From contig JBGAJA010000002.1 of the NCBI GenBank assembly GCA_044225175.1, positions 600,991 through 664,990 on the forward strand: a stretch of DNA of 64,000 bases. The letters run 5' to 3'. The position numbers and the translations under genes are program-made. The stretch's first letter is position 1, and every line of letters begins with the position of its first letter. This document shows positions 10,873 to 21,372 of the stretch, piece by piece. The notes under the pieces are model-generated. The model was given only the letters and a program-made list of their open reading frames with translations, made no database searches and was not told the origin of the DNA. The stretch comes from Candidatus Omnitrophota bacterium. GTDB taxonomy: Bacteria; Omnitrophota; Gorgyraeia; Zapsychrales; Fredricksoniimonadaceae.

Positions 10873-12616
10873 ATTTATTGTTAATCGAATCTTGAGTGGG
10901 ATCGGGTTTGTAGTAGCGGGTTTTTACTTCTTGTGGGACGTCGCCGGTTATGATTTTGGGAGTTAAGAAGATAACAATTTCACTTTTGACCGGATGATCA
11001 TCGCTGTTTCTAAATGCTGCACCTAGAAGAGGAATGTCACCTAAGACAGGAATACGATTAGATGTTTTGACTGTCTGGTCTTTGATGAGACCTCCAATGA
11101 TGATTGTTACTCCATCTTTAATAGTCACATTTGTTTCAGCTTGGGAAGTGTCCACAATGGGGATTTTATTTCCATTACTGGTCGTTAAAGATGTCCCTGC
11201 AGAGCTGACTTCAGGACGAATTTTCATGGTGATGAATTTATCTTGATGGATGGTTGGAGTAACATACAGTTTAACCCCGACATCGATAAAATTAACGCTT
11301 TCGGCAGTGGTAGCAGGTCCAGATGAGGGGGTAGTTGTTGTGGAGGTGACATAAGGCTGGGTGGTTCCAACGAGTATTTTAGCTTCACGGTTATTTAAAG
11401 AGGTAATGCTCGGGCTTGAGAGAATTGTTGTGTGTTGCATGGTTTGCAAAGCTTCAAGTAAAACGGTGTATCTGTCATTATCAATGGTCCCTATATTTAA
11501 GGTCCCTGAATTATTAGAAGTTGCTGGTAAGACCTTAAAATTAGAATTGAAGTCGATGAATTTCTTGTTATTCTCAGCCCTATTAATAAGGCCTTGCCAA
11601 TCAATCCCTAATTGGGTTTCTTTGTCTAAAGTTACTTGAATAATCTTGGCTTCAATAAGAACTTGAGGCTCTTTAATATCAAATGCTTTGATCAGTTTTG
11701 AAATCTCTTTGATCTTAGTTGGGGTATCAGTAACAACTATCTTATTGGTTCTTTCATCGAAACGAATACGACCCGTGTCTTTATTGAGGACTTCCGATAA
11801 TTTCTCGTTGACTGTTTTAGCTTGGGCATAAATCAATTCAAAGACTTCTGTTTGTACGGGGACATCGATCTTTTTGATCAAATTACCCATGACAGTCAAT
11901 TTTTCTGAAGAATCAATCATGACTAAGACATTAGATTTGATGTCAGCTAATATTTTTCCAGATTGGCTCTTAATCTGCATAAGGACCGCAGTAATATCAT
12001 TAACATTGGCATAATTTAAATGGACAGCCATTGTTTTAACATTGCCTCCAAATTTATACCCATATCTATCTTCAAACTCTTTAGCAGGCATGACTCTCAC
12101 AATACCTTCTTCTACTTTGTAGGCGAGATTATTTGAATCCAAAATAATTGTTAAAGCATCTCTAAGTTTGACATCTTTGAGAAAAATGGTTGCCTTCCCA
12201 CGAACATTTTGATTGGCAATAATATTTAATCCACTTTTAGATGAGAGCAATTTAAGAACATCTGAAATTTCAACATCTTTGAGTTCAAGGACATCAATCG
12301 TTTCGTTTGCAGTGATATCATCTGGCTCTGTGGGAGTGTTTTGGTCAGATGCAACATCATTAGCAGTGCTGTTTTCAGTGACTATAGAGGTTGAGGATAA
12401 CTCTTGAGGAGCATAGGCTGTAGAATTTCTTAAAACACCCTCTAGATTGTCGGAAACTGTTTCTCGATACTCGTTTACAGGCGCATTGAATTCATCTAGA
12501 GCATCAGTGATGATAGCATTTCTTTGGGAAGACATTTTTTCTTGAGCAAGACAAAGAGAAACTGTAGTGCCAAAAAGAAAAATACTGGTCATAAATATTA
12601 ATGTTTTTTTTGTCAT
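10871..12616 (-). CDS. gspD: Secretin (T2SS GspD/PilQ family)
   Basis: Signal peptide, STN-like and N domains, QVLIEAKIIQV, LSSPSITSLNNREAKILVG, RIPVLGDIPLLGAAFR, EIVIFLTPKII. Confidence 0.95.
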   Translation of the reverse strand: MTKKTLIFMTSIFLFGTTVSLCLAQEKMSSQRNAIITDALDEFNAPVNEYRETVSDNLEGVLRNSTAYAPQELSSTSIVTENSTANDVASDQNTPTEPDDITANETIDVLELKDVEISDVLKLLSSKSGLNIIANQNVRGKATIFLKDVKLRDALTIILDSNNLAYKVEEGIVRVMPAKEFEDRYGYKFGGNVKTMAVHLNYANVNDITAVLMQIKSQSGKILADIKSNVLVMIDSSEKLTVMGNLIKKIDVPVQTEVFELIYAQAKTVNEKLSEVLNKDTGRIRFDERTNKIVVTDTPTKIKEISKLIKAFDIKEPQVLIEAKIIQVTLDKETQLGIDWQGLINRAENNKKFIDFNSNFKVLPATSNNSGTLNIGTIDNDRYTVLLEALQTMQHTTILSSPSITSLNNREAKILVGTTQPYVTSTTTTPSSGPATTAESVNFIDVGVKLYVTPTIHQDKFITMKIRPEVSSAGTSLTTSNGNKIPIVDTSQAETNVTIKDGVTIIIGGLIKDQTVKTSNRIPVLGDIPLLGAAFRNSDDHPVKSEIVIFLTPKIITGDVPQEVKTRYYKPDPTQDSINNK

Positions 12617-13122
12617 GATTTTTCTATAGGTAATTCGACTTTTTGACCTTCATGTTCAAAGATAATTTTATTTTTTTGGATTTCCATTAAATTCAAGTCG
12701 TTCAGCTTGTCTCCTATGGATAAGATTTGGGTATTGCCTGCGCTTACATTTTGAATAATGACAGTCGGACTCTTGGATAACATCACTCCAAGCACTTTGA
12801 AATTCTTTAAATCCATCTTGGCAGAATTGCTGGGCGTAGCATTGGGATCGATGGTTTTCTTTTCTTTAGGTAGCTGAAAAAGACTTTGTCCTCGCATTAT
12901 TTGAGAGTATTCAGAAAAATGGGTAGTCGTGGGCAGGAGCTTTTCTAGAGAGTAAGCATTCTTAGAATCCATAGATTCTTGATGAAGTACAGGAATTTCC
13001 TTTTGGATCAAAACAATCCTCACAAGTATGTATGCCGCAAGACATGCAGAGATAAGGGCAAAGAATTTGCTAAGAGTATTTAAAGTTTGATTATTTAAAA
13101 GATTAATTTTTCCTAAGATCAT
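12613..13122 (-). CDS. T2SS GspC/PilP-like protein
   Basis: N-terminal TM segment, C-terminal FKVLGVML...IIQN...LSIGDKL HR-domain-like pattern; immediately upstream of the secretin. Confidence 0.65.
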   Translation of the reverse strand: MILGKINLLNNQTLNTLSKFFALISACLAAYILVRIVLIQKEIPVLHQESMDSKNAYSLEKLLPTTTHFSEYSQIMRGQSLFQLPKEKKTIDPNATPSNSAKMDLKNFKVLGVMLSKSPTVIIQNVSAGNTQILSIGDKLNDLNLMEIQKNKIIFEHEGQKVELPIEKS

Positions 13123-13215
13123 ATATATTCTCTTGAGTACAACCTAATCTGACACAAATAAAAAAAGGTGTCAATTGGATATTGAGGTTTCTTTATTCTT
13201 AATTTAAGAAAAATA

Positions 13216-13749
13216 CTATTTAATTAAAGATTTGGTCAAGATGAGCTTACTTAGTAAGTTTGAGTCGGAAGAAGGGGCTTTGGTGATTTGAAATTCATTG
13301 ACTGTATATAGATGAGGGCAGTTTTGTAATGTGGATAGAAAATCCATAATATTATTAAGGGTTCCTTGCACAGAAACCTCAATTGTAAAATCACTTCCAA
13401 CGGGAGTTGTTTTAGATTTTAATGGATCAGAAGCGGTGCTCTGTAGATGATTGTCTTTTGCAATTCCCTCAATCTCTTTTTTTATTAAGGTCAATTGTTC
13501 TTTGTCTGAAACAGACTGGTTAAAGCAGTCCATTGCTTCAGAATAATTTTGCTGGTAAGGCTGGCTTTTAGAAATAGTTTGGACTGCTTTGTTAAACTCT
13601 TTTTCAAGGGTCAGAATTTTGTCTTGAGTTGTTTCCTCGCTATCTTTTAAAGGTACATATATTCCACGATAGGCAGTGAAAATCAATAAGGCTATACAAC
13701 TTATAACAAAAATTCTTTTTTCGCGTTCTGTAGAAATTATTTTTCTCAT
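13216..13749 (-). CDS. T2SS GspM/PilO-like protein
   Basis: STEREKR + TM, coiled coil, VSVQGTLNNIMDFL ferredoxin-like motif; cluster position. Confidence 0.75.
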   Translation of the reverse strand: MRKIISTEREKRIFVISCIALLIFTAYRGIYVPLKDSEETTQDKILTLEKEFNKAVQTISKSQPYQQNYSEAMDCFNQSVSDKEQLTLIKKEIEGIAKDNHLQSTASDPLKSKTTPVGSDFTIEVSVQGTLNNIMDFLSTLQNCPHLYTVNEFQITKAPSSDSNLLSKLILTKSLIK

Positions 13750-15155
13750 TGTTTTGATGGATTCGTTTGAGCAAGAATTACAAAATCTAAGTATCCCTGA
13801 TTGTTATATTGTTGAGAATTCTTTTTTTGAAGAGTTACACTCTTTACCCATGTCAAATTCTGAATTCTTTTTTGAAATGAAGATAAAATATTCTGATTAC
13901 CAGCTATTCCATCTATGCGCAATGTGAGATCTTGATCAAAGCTTATTTGACGAAAATAAATTTCGGAAGGAGTAGCTTGATAGATGTCGCGCAGAATATC
14001 TGTCAAAGGAACCTGTGGATGGCTGATAGATTGAATCTTACGAATGTTATCCAGTTTTTTCTCTTCTTCTTTGGATTTCTCTTGGATTGCATCTATTCTT
14101 TTTTCAAGGCTTTGGAGATAAACATACTTTTGATAAGTTTCAAAACGGAGGGCAAAGACAATCAAAGCTAATAGAACACTTAGACTTAAAAGAAATTTGA
14201 GAAGATGGTTAATGGCAAATTGAGGTTCATTAGAGTTTTGTGCGACCCGTGGGACTAAATCAATTTGATGCTCTGTGCCTGCATTAACAAAGCCCCAAGC
14301 ACCTATCAAAGATACCATAGAATAATTTTTGATCAGAGAAAGAACTTGGAGTTCACATGGAATTTTTTCAGATGGTCTAATGATTTCAACGGGAATATTA
14401 AATCGCTCCACGATTCCTTTGCTCAAAGTTTCTATCTGAGTAAAATCAGTTGCTATGAAGATCTTTTCTATGTTGAGGGCTGGAAATTCGTTCTGATAGG
14501 CTTTGAGCGTCAATTCTACCTGATTGAGCATATCACTCAGATCGTCTTTTCTTAAATCACTCAATCCAGCGTTAAAATTACGTGAAAATAGAAATTTCCC
14601 TTCGTAATAGAAGCATAATTCCGCATCATCATAATCTAAGTTTAGAATTCCAAGAGGATTCTTCTCTTCTGTAAATTGACTAAACCATCCAGCAATTCCA
14701 AAGGAACTAATAAAAACATTAGAAACAGTTAATCCTGCTCCTTCTAAGGGTTTAAGGCATGCTGAAATTTGTTCGATAGGACTGATTGCTGAAAGGACTT
14801 TAGTGTAGCCGTCTGGTAATTTTTCAAGAATATAGTGATCGTAGACAATTTCTTCTTGCGTAAAGGGAACTTGTTGAAGAATTTTCAAAGAAAGCATCTT
14901 GTGTATTTCTTGTTCATCCTGCGAAGGCATTGAGAACTGCTTTAAAATTACATAGCGCTTTGGAATCACGACAATAGTGTTTTTAACTTTGATGCTAACT
15001 TGAGATAGAAGATTGATCACCTGCTGTTCGGTACGATTTGAAGTTTCAATAATATCAAGGTTGCTAAGAAAAGGTTTGCCCTTTTGCATTTTGATCTGCA
15101 GGACCTTTAGGTAGGTATTAGTTACTTCAATAATTGTTCGGTTTTCTTTGATCAT
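13746..15155 (-). CDS. GspL / PilM-PilN fusion-like assembly platform protein
   Basis: Actin-like N-domain (IIEV..TYLKV, VPFTQEEIVYD), TM, PilN-like C-terminus (IYFRQISFD..LRIDGIA); likely start is ATG at 15155, just after the gspK stop. Confidence 0.8.
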   Translation of the reverse strand: MIKENRTIIEVTNTYLKVLQIKMQKGKPFLSNLDIIETSNRTEQQVINLLSQVSIKVKNTIVVIPKRYVILKQFSMPSQDEQEIHKMLSLKILQQVPFTQEEIVYDHYILEKLPDGYTKVLSAISPIEQISACLKPLEGAGLTVSNVFISSFGIAGWFSQFTEEKNPLGILNLDYDDAELCFYYEGKFLFSRNFNAGLSDLRKDDLSDMLNQVELTLKAYQNEFPALNIEKIFIATDFTQIETLSKGIVERFNIPVEIIRPSEKIPCELQVLSLIKNYSMVSLIGAWGFVNAGTEHQIDLVPRVAQNSNEPQFAINHLLKFLLSLSVLLALIVFALRFETYQKYVYLQSLEKRIDAIQEKSKEEEKKLDNIRKIQSISHPQVPLTDILRDIYQATPSEIYFRQISFDQDLTLRIDGIAGNQNILSSFQKRIQNLTWVKSVTLQKKNSQQYNNQGYLDFVILAQTNPSKQ

Positions 15156-15156
15156 C

Positions 15157-16146
15157 TTAATTTCTTTGCCAATGCAAAAGCGATAATTCATTACGTTTTA
15201 TAGTTACATGAAGATCAGTTGTGGCTTTTGTTATGTCGTCAATTCCCGTGACTTGGATATGAATGTATTGAGGTGTTTTTTGTCGTTGGGATTGCATCAT
15301 CTGAAAAATCGCACTTTCTTTTGAGTTAAGACTAATTTTATTAGATTCAAGTGCTCTTTCTTGAGCGGTTGAACTGGTTGAATTCAAAGTCTTTCGATAA
15401 TCCATAATTTTTTCAACTAAATTATCAGCATCCTCAATGGAAGTGTTTGTTTGAGGGCCACAAAAACTTCTAGCAAAAGCATGTAAGACCTCAACGGAAG
15501 CCATATCTAGATTAATCAAGAAAGGGCCTTGAGCTGGATCAATTGTAATAAAATCTTTTATCTTTTGGAAAATATTTTTGTTCATTCCTCGGATTAATAA
15601 GAGTTCTTGGATGCTTTCAAAGGGCTGATTTTTACTTTCATATCCTAACGGTTTATAAGTTTCATCTTCGCTGCCATAAGGAGCATTAAAAACAGTAGTA
15701 TCGCCATCAATCCAATCAAGTACCGAGGAAGAAATAGTTAATGCTGTTTGTTCATCTATACCAACGTGAGTTAGCAAGTTGCTTAGAATAAGATAATTTG
15801 TGGATGTTATTGCGTTGATATTGATTTTACTTTCTTCATCTTGAAGCTGAACGATACGAAATGACCCCGAACCTATCTTAACTGGTTTTGAGAAGATTTC
15901 AGGATTGAAAACGTCAGGTTTGATGAGATCTTTATTCAACGTGTCTTTCTTAAGCAGATCAATGGCGTAGATAAGGCCGGAGAAGGCCATATATTTAGAT
16001 TGGATTTTGCCATTAAAATGTTTTGCTAATGTCAATTCAACGTGAGTCTGACGTCCTAAACCAATGGCTAATAAAGACAAGATCACCATAATCCATAGGA
16101 CTGCGAAAAGTATTATACCAGATTTATTTTTGGTTCTTCGTATCAT
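15157..16146 (-). CDS. gspK: T2SS minor pseudopilin GspK
   Basis: KSG|IILFAVLW prepilin-like N-terminus, DEESKININ, SVLDWIDGD, FESIQELLLIRGM, INLDMAS. Confidence 0.93.
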   Translation of the reverse strand: MIRRTKNKSGIILFAVLWIMVILSLLAIGLGRQTHVELTLAKHFNGKIQSKYMAFSGLIYAIDLLKKDTLNKDLIKPDVFNPEIFSKPVKIGSGSFRIVQLQDEESKININAITSTNYLILSNLLTHVGIDEQTALTISSSVLDWIDGDTTVFNAPYGSEDETYKPLGYESKNQPFESIQELLLIRGMNKNIFQKIKDFITIDPAQGPFLINLDMASVEVLHAFARSFCGPQTNTSIEDADNLVEKIMDYRKTLNSTSSTAQERALESNKISLNSKESAIFQMMQSQRQKTPQYIHIQVTGIDDITKATTDLHVTIKRNELSLLHWQRN

Positions 16147-16825
16147 TGGTAAATTTTCCCCATAACCCTGTCGGAATAATAACCGTTTTTTCTATAGGAA
16201 TTGAATGTTTAGGATTTTCAGGATCTAAAAAGGTAATCTGAAAGCGTACGCTCAGGGGAAAAAAATCGTCTTTCCATTCATTGGTCCAAGTCAGGACGTC
16301 CTTATCCATAAATCCATAAGAAATTTTTAAAGAATTTTTAATAATTTGTTTGTTGAGGACTTCATCTTGAACTTTTTGTCCCCAGCCATGTTCTTGTCTT
16401 ATTAAATAACTTGTTTGTTGTTGATCGGACACTTGATTAGTTGTTACTGCGACATTCTTGGAGGTATGTTGCCCAATTTGAACGGTGTGAATATGCGCGT
16501 TTTGAGGATCAACAAGAAAGTAATGGATTCTTTTGAGTCCGTTATCTGTGGGTACGACGAGGGAGAAGTCTTTGTTGCTTCCTGAAAAAGCCATATTGAA
16601 AGGATTTTGATCTTTGGAATGATAGGGAACCATGTTCTCTAAATCAAACTGTATGGTATCTAAGGTCCACCGGATGCTCCGAAATGATTTCTCAAAATTT
16701 TCTGACCGCTTACTGATTTGCAAGCCACTAAAAAAAGTCCCGTAGAGACAAAGAGCTATGATACCAAAAATGGCAAAGGCCAAAAGAAATTCAATGAGTG
16801 TTAATGCCCTATTTTTCTTTGTCAT
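16124..16825 (-). CDS. gspJ: T2SS minor pseudopilin GspJ-like
   Basis: RA|LTLIEFLLA N-methylation motif, DLEN, C-terminal W.N.W...FPLSVRF. Confidence 0.8.
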   Translation of the reverse strand: MTKKNRALTLIEFLLAFAIFGIIALCLYGTFFSGLQISKRSENFEKSFRSIRWTLDTIQFDLENMVPYHSKDQNPFNMAFSGSNKDFSLVVPTDNGLKRIHYFLVDPQNAHIHTVQIGQHTSKNVAVTTNQVSDQQQTSYLIRQEHGWGQKVQDEVLNKQIIKNSLKISYGFMDKDVLTWTNEWKDDFFPLSVRFQITFLDPENPKHSIPIEKTVIIPTGLWGKFTNDTKNQK

Positions 16826-16833
16826 ACTTTGGA

Positions 16834-17235
16834 TTAATCCGGGTTAAATAAGAATAATGATGTATCAATGGACTGTTTATTTTTTCCTGAATTCCATGAA
16901 AGAGATAGATCCACTTGATTGACATCGCTGGCTGAGTGTTCATCTGGCCATGTCTTCGCATTTGAAGAAAGGGTGTATTTGTATTCGTTAAAAGGTGTTT
17001 CAAATTGACCGCTGTCATGGACGTTATCTTCAATTGTCTTATTTAAGAGGAGCTCAGAGAATTTTTGATCAATTAAGAAGGCTGCTTGAGAATAGTTACG
17101 ACTATAGTTTAAGGCCCGAAGACTTACTGAAAGAGACTGCACAATAAAAGTAAGTCCCACGGATAGGATAACGATCACAATGAGGACTTCTAATAATAGG
17201 GCCCCTTTTTGAGAGCGAAGGGAGTTAATTTGCAT
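16834..17235 (-). CDS. gspI: T2SS minor pseudopilin GspI-like
   Basis: KG|ALLLEVLIV prepilin motif, 133 aa, lies between gspH and gspJ. Confidence 0.75.
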   Translation of the reverse strand: MQINSLRSQKGALLLEVLIVIVILSVGLTFIVQSLSVSLRALNYSRNYSQAAFLIDQKFSELLLNKTIEDNVHDSGQFETPFNEYKYTLSSNAKTWPDEHSASDVNQVDLSLSWNSGKNKQSIDTSLFLFNPD

Positions 17236-17680
17236 CTAGAACCTCAATTTGTCCGCGTTGTTGTTGGGTCGATATAATTAAACATTCTTTTCCATTACAT
17301 AACAGGATGTCAGTTTTTTCAATTTCTCCATTGGGAAAGAAGTCAATCGAAGGTTTTGAACTGTTAATAGTAAAATGTTCTGGTAGCACGCTAATGTTGC
17401 CCCATTGCCCGACGATAGGTTGAAATTCTTTTGATGGCAGCTTAGAGGATGGTTCCAGAAGTTGATATTTATTAAAGAGATCATTAAATGAAAGGCGAAT
17501 TATTTTATTTTGAGTAACAGCACGGCTTTGAGCGTAACGCATCATGTAAGAAAGATTATTAGCTGTATTTTGTGTTTGTATGCGCGTATATGATCGACTT
17601 AGATTCGGTAAAGAAAAGGCTGCAGCAACGGCAAGTAATACCATTACTAACAACATTTCGACTAACGTAAATGCTTTCAT
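17225..17680 (-). CDS. gspH: T2SS minor pseudopilin GspH/FimT-like
   Basis: KA|FTLVEMLLV, YAQSRAV, IDFFPNG motifs. Confidence 0.85.
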   Translation of the reverse strand: MKAFTLVEMLLVMVLLAVAAAFSLPNLSRSYTRIQTQNTANNLSYMMRYAQSRAVTQNKIIRLSFNDLFNKYQLLEPSSKLPSKEFQPIVGQWGNISVLPEHFTINSSKPSIDFFPNGEIEKTDILLCNGKECLIISTQQQRGQIEVLDAN

Positions 17681-18129
17681 TGTTTTTTGCTTGAGGCAGA
17701 ACTATCTTCCCAGTTAACAATATCATCACTGCTTTCCACACCATCAGGTCCCAATGAAGAAAGATCATAGCTGTCGGTATTATGGACCCCTGGAGAAACA
17801 TATACATAATTTCTGCCCCAAGGATCAACTGGGATCTTTTTCTTTTTTAAATAGGGTCCTTTCCATCGTGTGGGCACAGGAGCAGCAGAAGGCTCGCTGA
17901 CAAGAGCTGTTAAATTTTGTTCAGTAGTGGGGTAACGTCCACTGTCAATTTCATACATATCCAAAGCAGAAGAAATGTTAGCCATAATATCAGCTTTGGC
18001 AGCAGCCCGTCTGGCTTCTTCACCACGCCCAGCTAGATTAGGTACAATCATTGCTGCTAATACACCAATGATAATGACAACGAGTAAGATTTCAACAAGA
18101 GTAAAGCCTTTACGAGATTGTTGTGACAT
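17677..18129 (-). CDS. gspG: T2SS major pseudopilin GspG
   Basis: RKG|FTLVEILLV, ALDMYEIDSGRYPTTEQ, WKGPYL, DPWGRNYVY, YDLSSLGPDG. Confidence 0.97.
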   Translation of the reverse strand: MSQQSRKGFTLVEILLVVIIIGVLAAMIVPNLAGRGEEARRAAAKADIMANISSALDMYEIDSGRYPTTEQNLTALVSEPSAAPVPTRWKGPYLKKKKIPVDPWGRNYVYVSPGVHNTDSYDLSSLGPDGVESSDDIVNWEDSSASSKKQ

Positions 18130-18153
18130 TTCTGCCCCCTTAAGATGATATTT

Positions 18154-19362
18154 TTATTTAATTAACATATTCATTTGGAAAATTGGTAAAAGCATGGCCA
18201 TAACAACAGAACCTACGATGGTTCCCATGACAAGAATGAGTATAGGTTCAATTAAAGTTGTCATATTCTTGATAAAACGTTGAATCAAACGTTCGTAATA
18301 TTGCGCAAGTTTGTAAAGCCCTTTGGCTAAATGTCCTGTTTCCTCACCAATTGTAATCATTTGGGAAGCTGTCTCAGGGAATAAAGAGATTTTCTCAATG
18401 GCATGAGCTAAACTTTCTCCTTTATTCACATCAGTCTCAATTTGTGACAGGGCATTTTTGAAAACTTGATTCTCCATAACTAAAGCCACACTTTTTAAGG
18501 CGGCAACAATGGTGACTCCATTATCCAGCAGAGTAGCTAATGTACGACTAAAACGCTCTATTTCTACATTTCTAAGAAAATTTCCAAAAATTGGTAATTT
18601 TAATTTAAATGTGTCTATCTTCAGCCTTCCTTCTTCAGCCAAGCTCATTTGTCTTAAAGCAAATCCTAAGCCAAAGATAACCAACGCTATTAGCCACCAA
18701 AAATGAGAGAAGAAACTGCTCAGCCCAAGTAATATTTGTGTAGGCAAAGGTAAGGTTTGATTCAAATCATCGAAGATTGCGCTAAGACGGGGAATGACCC
18801 ATGTAAGTAATACAAAAATAGTGATGGCCCCAACAGTCATAATCAAAGAAGGATAGACTAAGCTTGCTTTAATTTGCATTTCAGTATCTTGCTGGCGTTC
18901 ACTGAATTCTGCTAGACGCTGCATGACTTGATTAAGATTGCCGCTAATTTCTCCTGATTTGATAAGATTGACATACACAGGCGCAAATGTTTCAGGAAAT
19001 TTTTCTAAAGATTCAGAAAGCATGGAACCGTCTTTGACAGAAGTGTGAATTTCTCCAAGCATTTCTTTTAAAACAGGATGGTTGGTTTGTTTGTGGATAT
19101 GATTGATGGATTTTAATAACGGCACATCCGCTTCAATCAAATCGCTTAATTGTCGAGTAAACAAGATAATCTCTCGGGCAGGGACTTTTTTAGAAAAAAC
19201 AAAATTAAGAGCACTGGAACGTTCTTCTTCTTTAGAAACATCGATCGGAGTATATCCCAATTCTATAATTTTTTTGATAGCGCTATCGAGATTGTCAGCT
19301 TCAATGCGTCCTTGAACTGTTTTTTGTGGGCCTTGTTTTGCTGTATAAGAAAAGAGAGCCAT
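18154..19362 (-). CDS. gspF: T2SS inner-membrane platform protein GspF/PilC
   Basis: FTRQLSDLI, SGEISGNL, LVYPSL, LPLPTQIL, IGEETGHL, LIEPIL. Confidence 0.96.
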   Translation of the reverse strand: MALFSYTAKQGPQKTVQGRIEADNLDSAIKKIIELGYTPIDVSKEEERSSALNFVFSKKVPAREIILFTRQLSDLIEADVPLLKSINHIHKQTNHPVLKEMLGEIHTSVKDGSMLSESLEKFPETFAPVYVNLIKSGEISGNLNQVMQRLAEFSERQQDTEMQIKASLVYPSLIMTVGAITIFVLLTWVIPRLSAIFDDLNQTLPLPTQILLGLSSFFSHFWWLIALVIFGLGFALRQMSLAEEGRLKIDTFKLKLPIFGNFLRNVEIERFSRTLATLLDNGVTIVAALKSVALVMENQVFKNALSQIETDVNKGESLAHAIEKISLFPETASQMITIGEETGHLAKGLYKLAQYYERLIQRFIKNMTTLIEPILILVMGTIVGSVVMAMLLPIFQMNMLIK

Positions 19363-21062
19363 TATTTATAATCTTCCTTTGTGACACGAATGACTTCACT
19401 GGGGGTAGTAGTTCCTTCTTTAATTCTTTGCCATCCCGATTGGAGTAGGGTTGTCATTCCTAAACTCACAGCTTTATTTCTAATCTGAGCAGAGGATGCT
19501 CTCTGCATAACAAGTTCTCGAATTTCATCCGTGAACATTAAAAACTCATAAATGCTGGTTCGTCCATGGTAGCCCGTAGAGTTACATGCTTTACAGCCAA
19601 CTGCTTCGTAAATAGTAAGTCCAGCTTCTGTGGCAGGATTTAAACCAAAACCTTTTAACATCTCTGGCGTTGTGGTTGTAGGTGTTTTACATTTGATGCA
19701 CAGAGTACGAATGAGACGTTGGGCAATGAAACATTCAACAGCGCTAGTGACTAAGTATGGGTCTATGCCCATGTCCATTAAACGTGTAACACCGCTTGCG
19801 GCATCATTCGTATGTAAAGTCGAGAAGATTAAATGACCTGTCATAGCAATTTGTACAGCGGTTCGTGCAGTTTCAACGTCGCGGACTTCACCCACCATCA
19901 TGACATCAGGATCATGGCGCAGCATGGAACGAAGACCCCGGGCAAATGTTAATCCAATTTCAGGATGAATTTGCATTTGCATGATTCCATTTAATTGATA
20001 TTCGATGGGATCTTCGATGGTAATAATTTTCTTATCCGTATGATTGATATGAGATAGGCAGGCATACAGAGTGGTCGTTTTTCCACTTCCTGTTGGGCCC
20101 GTTACAAAAATAATTCCATGGGGTTTGACCAGTAAGTGATCGAGCTTTGCAAGATCTTCCGCAGACAACCCTAGATTTTTTAAGCTGATCAAGGAGGATG
20201 ATCGTAAGATACGAATCACCACGCTTTCTCCAAATTGAGTAGGTAGGAATGAGACGCGTAAATCTAAATTAGAGTCGCCTATTTTGACTTTAAATCGGCC
20301 ATCTTGAGGAAGACGTTTCTCGGCAATGTTTAAGTTCGACATGATCTTAATGCGTGCATTGATAAAATCTCGGAAATGATAAATATTAGCAGGAAGTTTA
20401 GTGTCGGTCAGTACGCCATCGATGCGATATCGAATCTTTAGTTCGTTTTCATAAGGTTCAATGTGAATATCCGTCGAGCGATTCGTATAAGCCTCTAGAA
20501 GAACTTGGTTAAGAAATTTTGCAATGGTGGCTTCAGAATCAATTTCAGTTAAATCCTGATTTGTTTTCTCGGGACTTACTCTGATTTGAGCAGTTTCCAT
20601 CATTTGATCAATAGTTTCTGCTCCAACCCCGTAGTAAGTACGGATACTTTCAACTATTTCTTTTTCACTAGCTAAGACTGTTTTGATTTTTTCTCTGACT
20701 ACTAAGCTCACGCCATCCATAATATTAATATCCAGAGGATGGGCGCTAGCCAGCGTCAAAATTCCATTACTAAATTCGATGGGAATTAATTTATAGTAGG
20801 TCGCAATTTTTGCAGGGATTTTCTTAATGACGTCTTTAGGGATTTTGATTTGAGCTAAATTAACAAATTCAACGCCCATTTGGCTGGCCACAATGGGAAG
20901 GACATAGTTTTCTTCATCAACAAAGCCAAGCTTGAAAAGAGTGATCCCTAAAAGATCTCCGGTTTGTTTTTGCTTTTCTAAAGCAATAGCTAGTTGTTCG
21001 GCAGTGATAACTTTATTTTCAACTAAAACTTGTCCTAATAAGGCAGGTGGTCTTGATTTCAT
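19362..21062 (-). CDS. gspE: T2SS assembly ATPase GspE/PilB
   Basis: LGQVLV..KVIT..QL..AL N-terminal (MshEN-like) motif, Walker A GPTGSGKTTT, LRHDPDVMMVGEVRD, CxxC...CxxC; start placed at ATG 21062 (GGAGA RBS). Confidence 0.97.
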   Translation of the reverse strand: MKSRPPALLGQVLVENKVITAEQLAIALEKQKQTGDLLGITLFKLGFVDEENYVLPIVASQMGVEFVNLAQIKIPKDVIKKIPAKIATYYKLIPIEFSNGILTLASAHPLDINIMDGVSLVVREKIKTVLASEKEIVESIRTYYGVGAETIDQMMETAQIRVSPEKTNQDLTEIDSEATIAKFLNQVLLEAYTNRSTDIHIEPYENELKIRYRIDGVLTDTKLPANIYHFRDFINARIKIMSNLNIAEKRLPQDGRFKVKIGDSNLDLRVSFLPTQFGESVVIRILRSSSLISLKNLGLSAEDLAKLDHLLVKPHGIIFVTGPTGSGKTTTLYACLSHINHTDKKIITIEDPIEYQLNGIMQMQIHPEIGLTFARGLRSMLRHDPDVMMVGEVRDVETARTAVQIAMTGHLIFSTLHTNDAASGVTRLMDMGIDPYLVTSAVECFIAQRLIRTLCIKCKTPTTTTPEMLKGFGLNPATEAGLTIYEAVGCKACNSTGYHGRTSIYEFLMFTDEIRELVMQRASSAQIRNKAVSLGMTTLLQSGWQRIKEGTTTPSEVIRVTKEDYK

Positions 21063-21143
21063 ATTATCTCCAGCAACAATTTTATATACATTTGCCAAAG
21101 AATAAAGGATTTTAATTTACAATTTTGTATAATGATTACTTGA

Positions 21144-21243
21144 ATTCCCACCCCCTGGGTGGGGAGGATTAGGGTGGGGTTAAAAAAGCAAGAATTTTCG
21201 TTGATCACCCTCCCCTAGCCCCTTTCCATCAAGGGAGGGGAAG
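21144..21243. repeat. GC-rich palindromic intergenic element (inverted doublet of hairpins)
   Basis: TTCCCACCCCCTGGGTGGGGAGGATTAGGGTGGGGT ... ACCCTCCCCTAGCCCCTTTCCATCAAGGGAGGGGAA; the halves are imperfect reverse complements in an AT-rich spacer. Confidence 0.7.
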
Positions 21244-21372
21244 GATGTTGGTAGAAACCGTTTTCTTAAAATGGGGTTCATGACTGGTTTTTTGGGATAG
21301 AAATGGTAAACTTTATAGTGAATGAAAGAGACTCTGGATTTATACATACACATATAATTTAGGGTTCTAAAA

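Noticed and set aside
13150-13173. TGACAC...AAAAAGGTGTCA sharing one arm with the 26227 palindrome
   Set aside because: Only a 6-bp stem in AT-rich sequence; too weak to call
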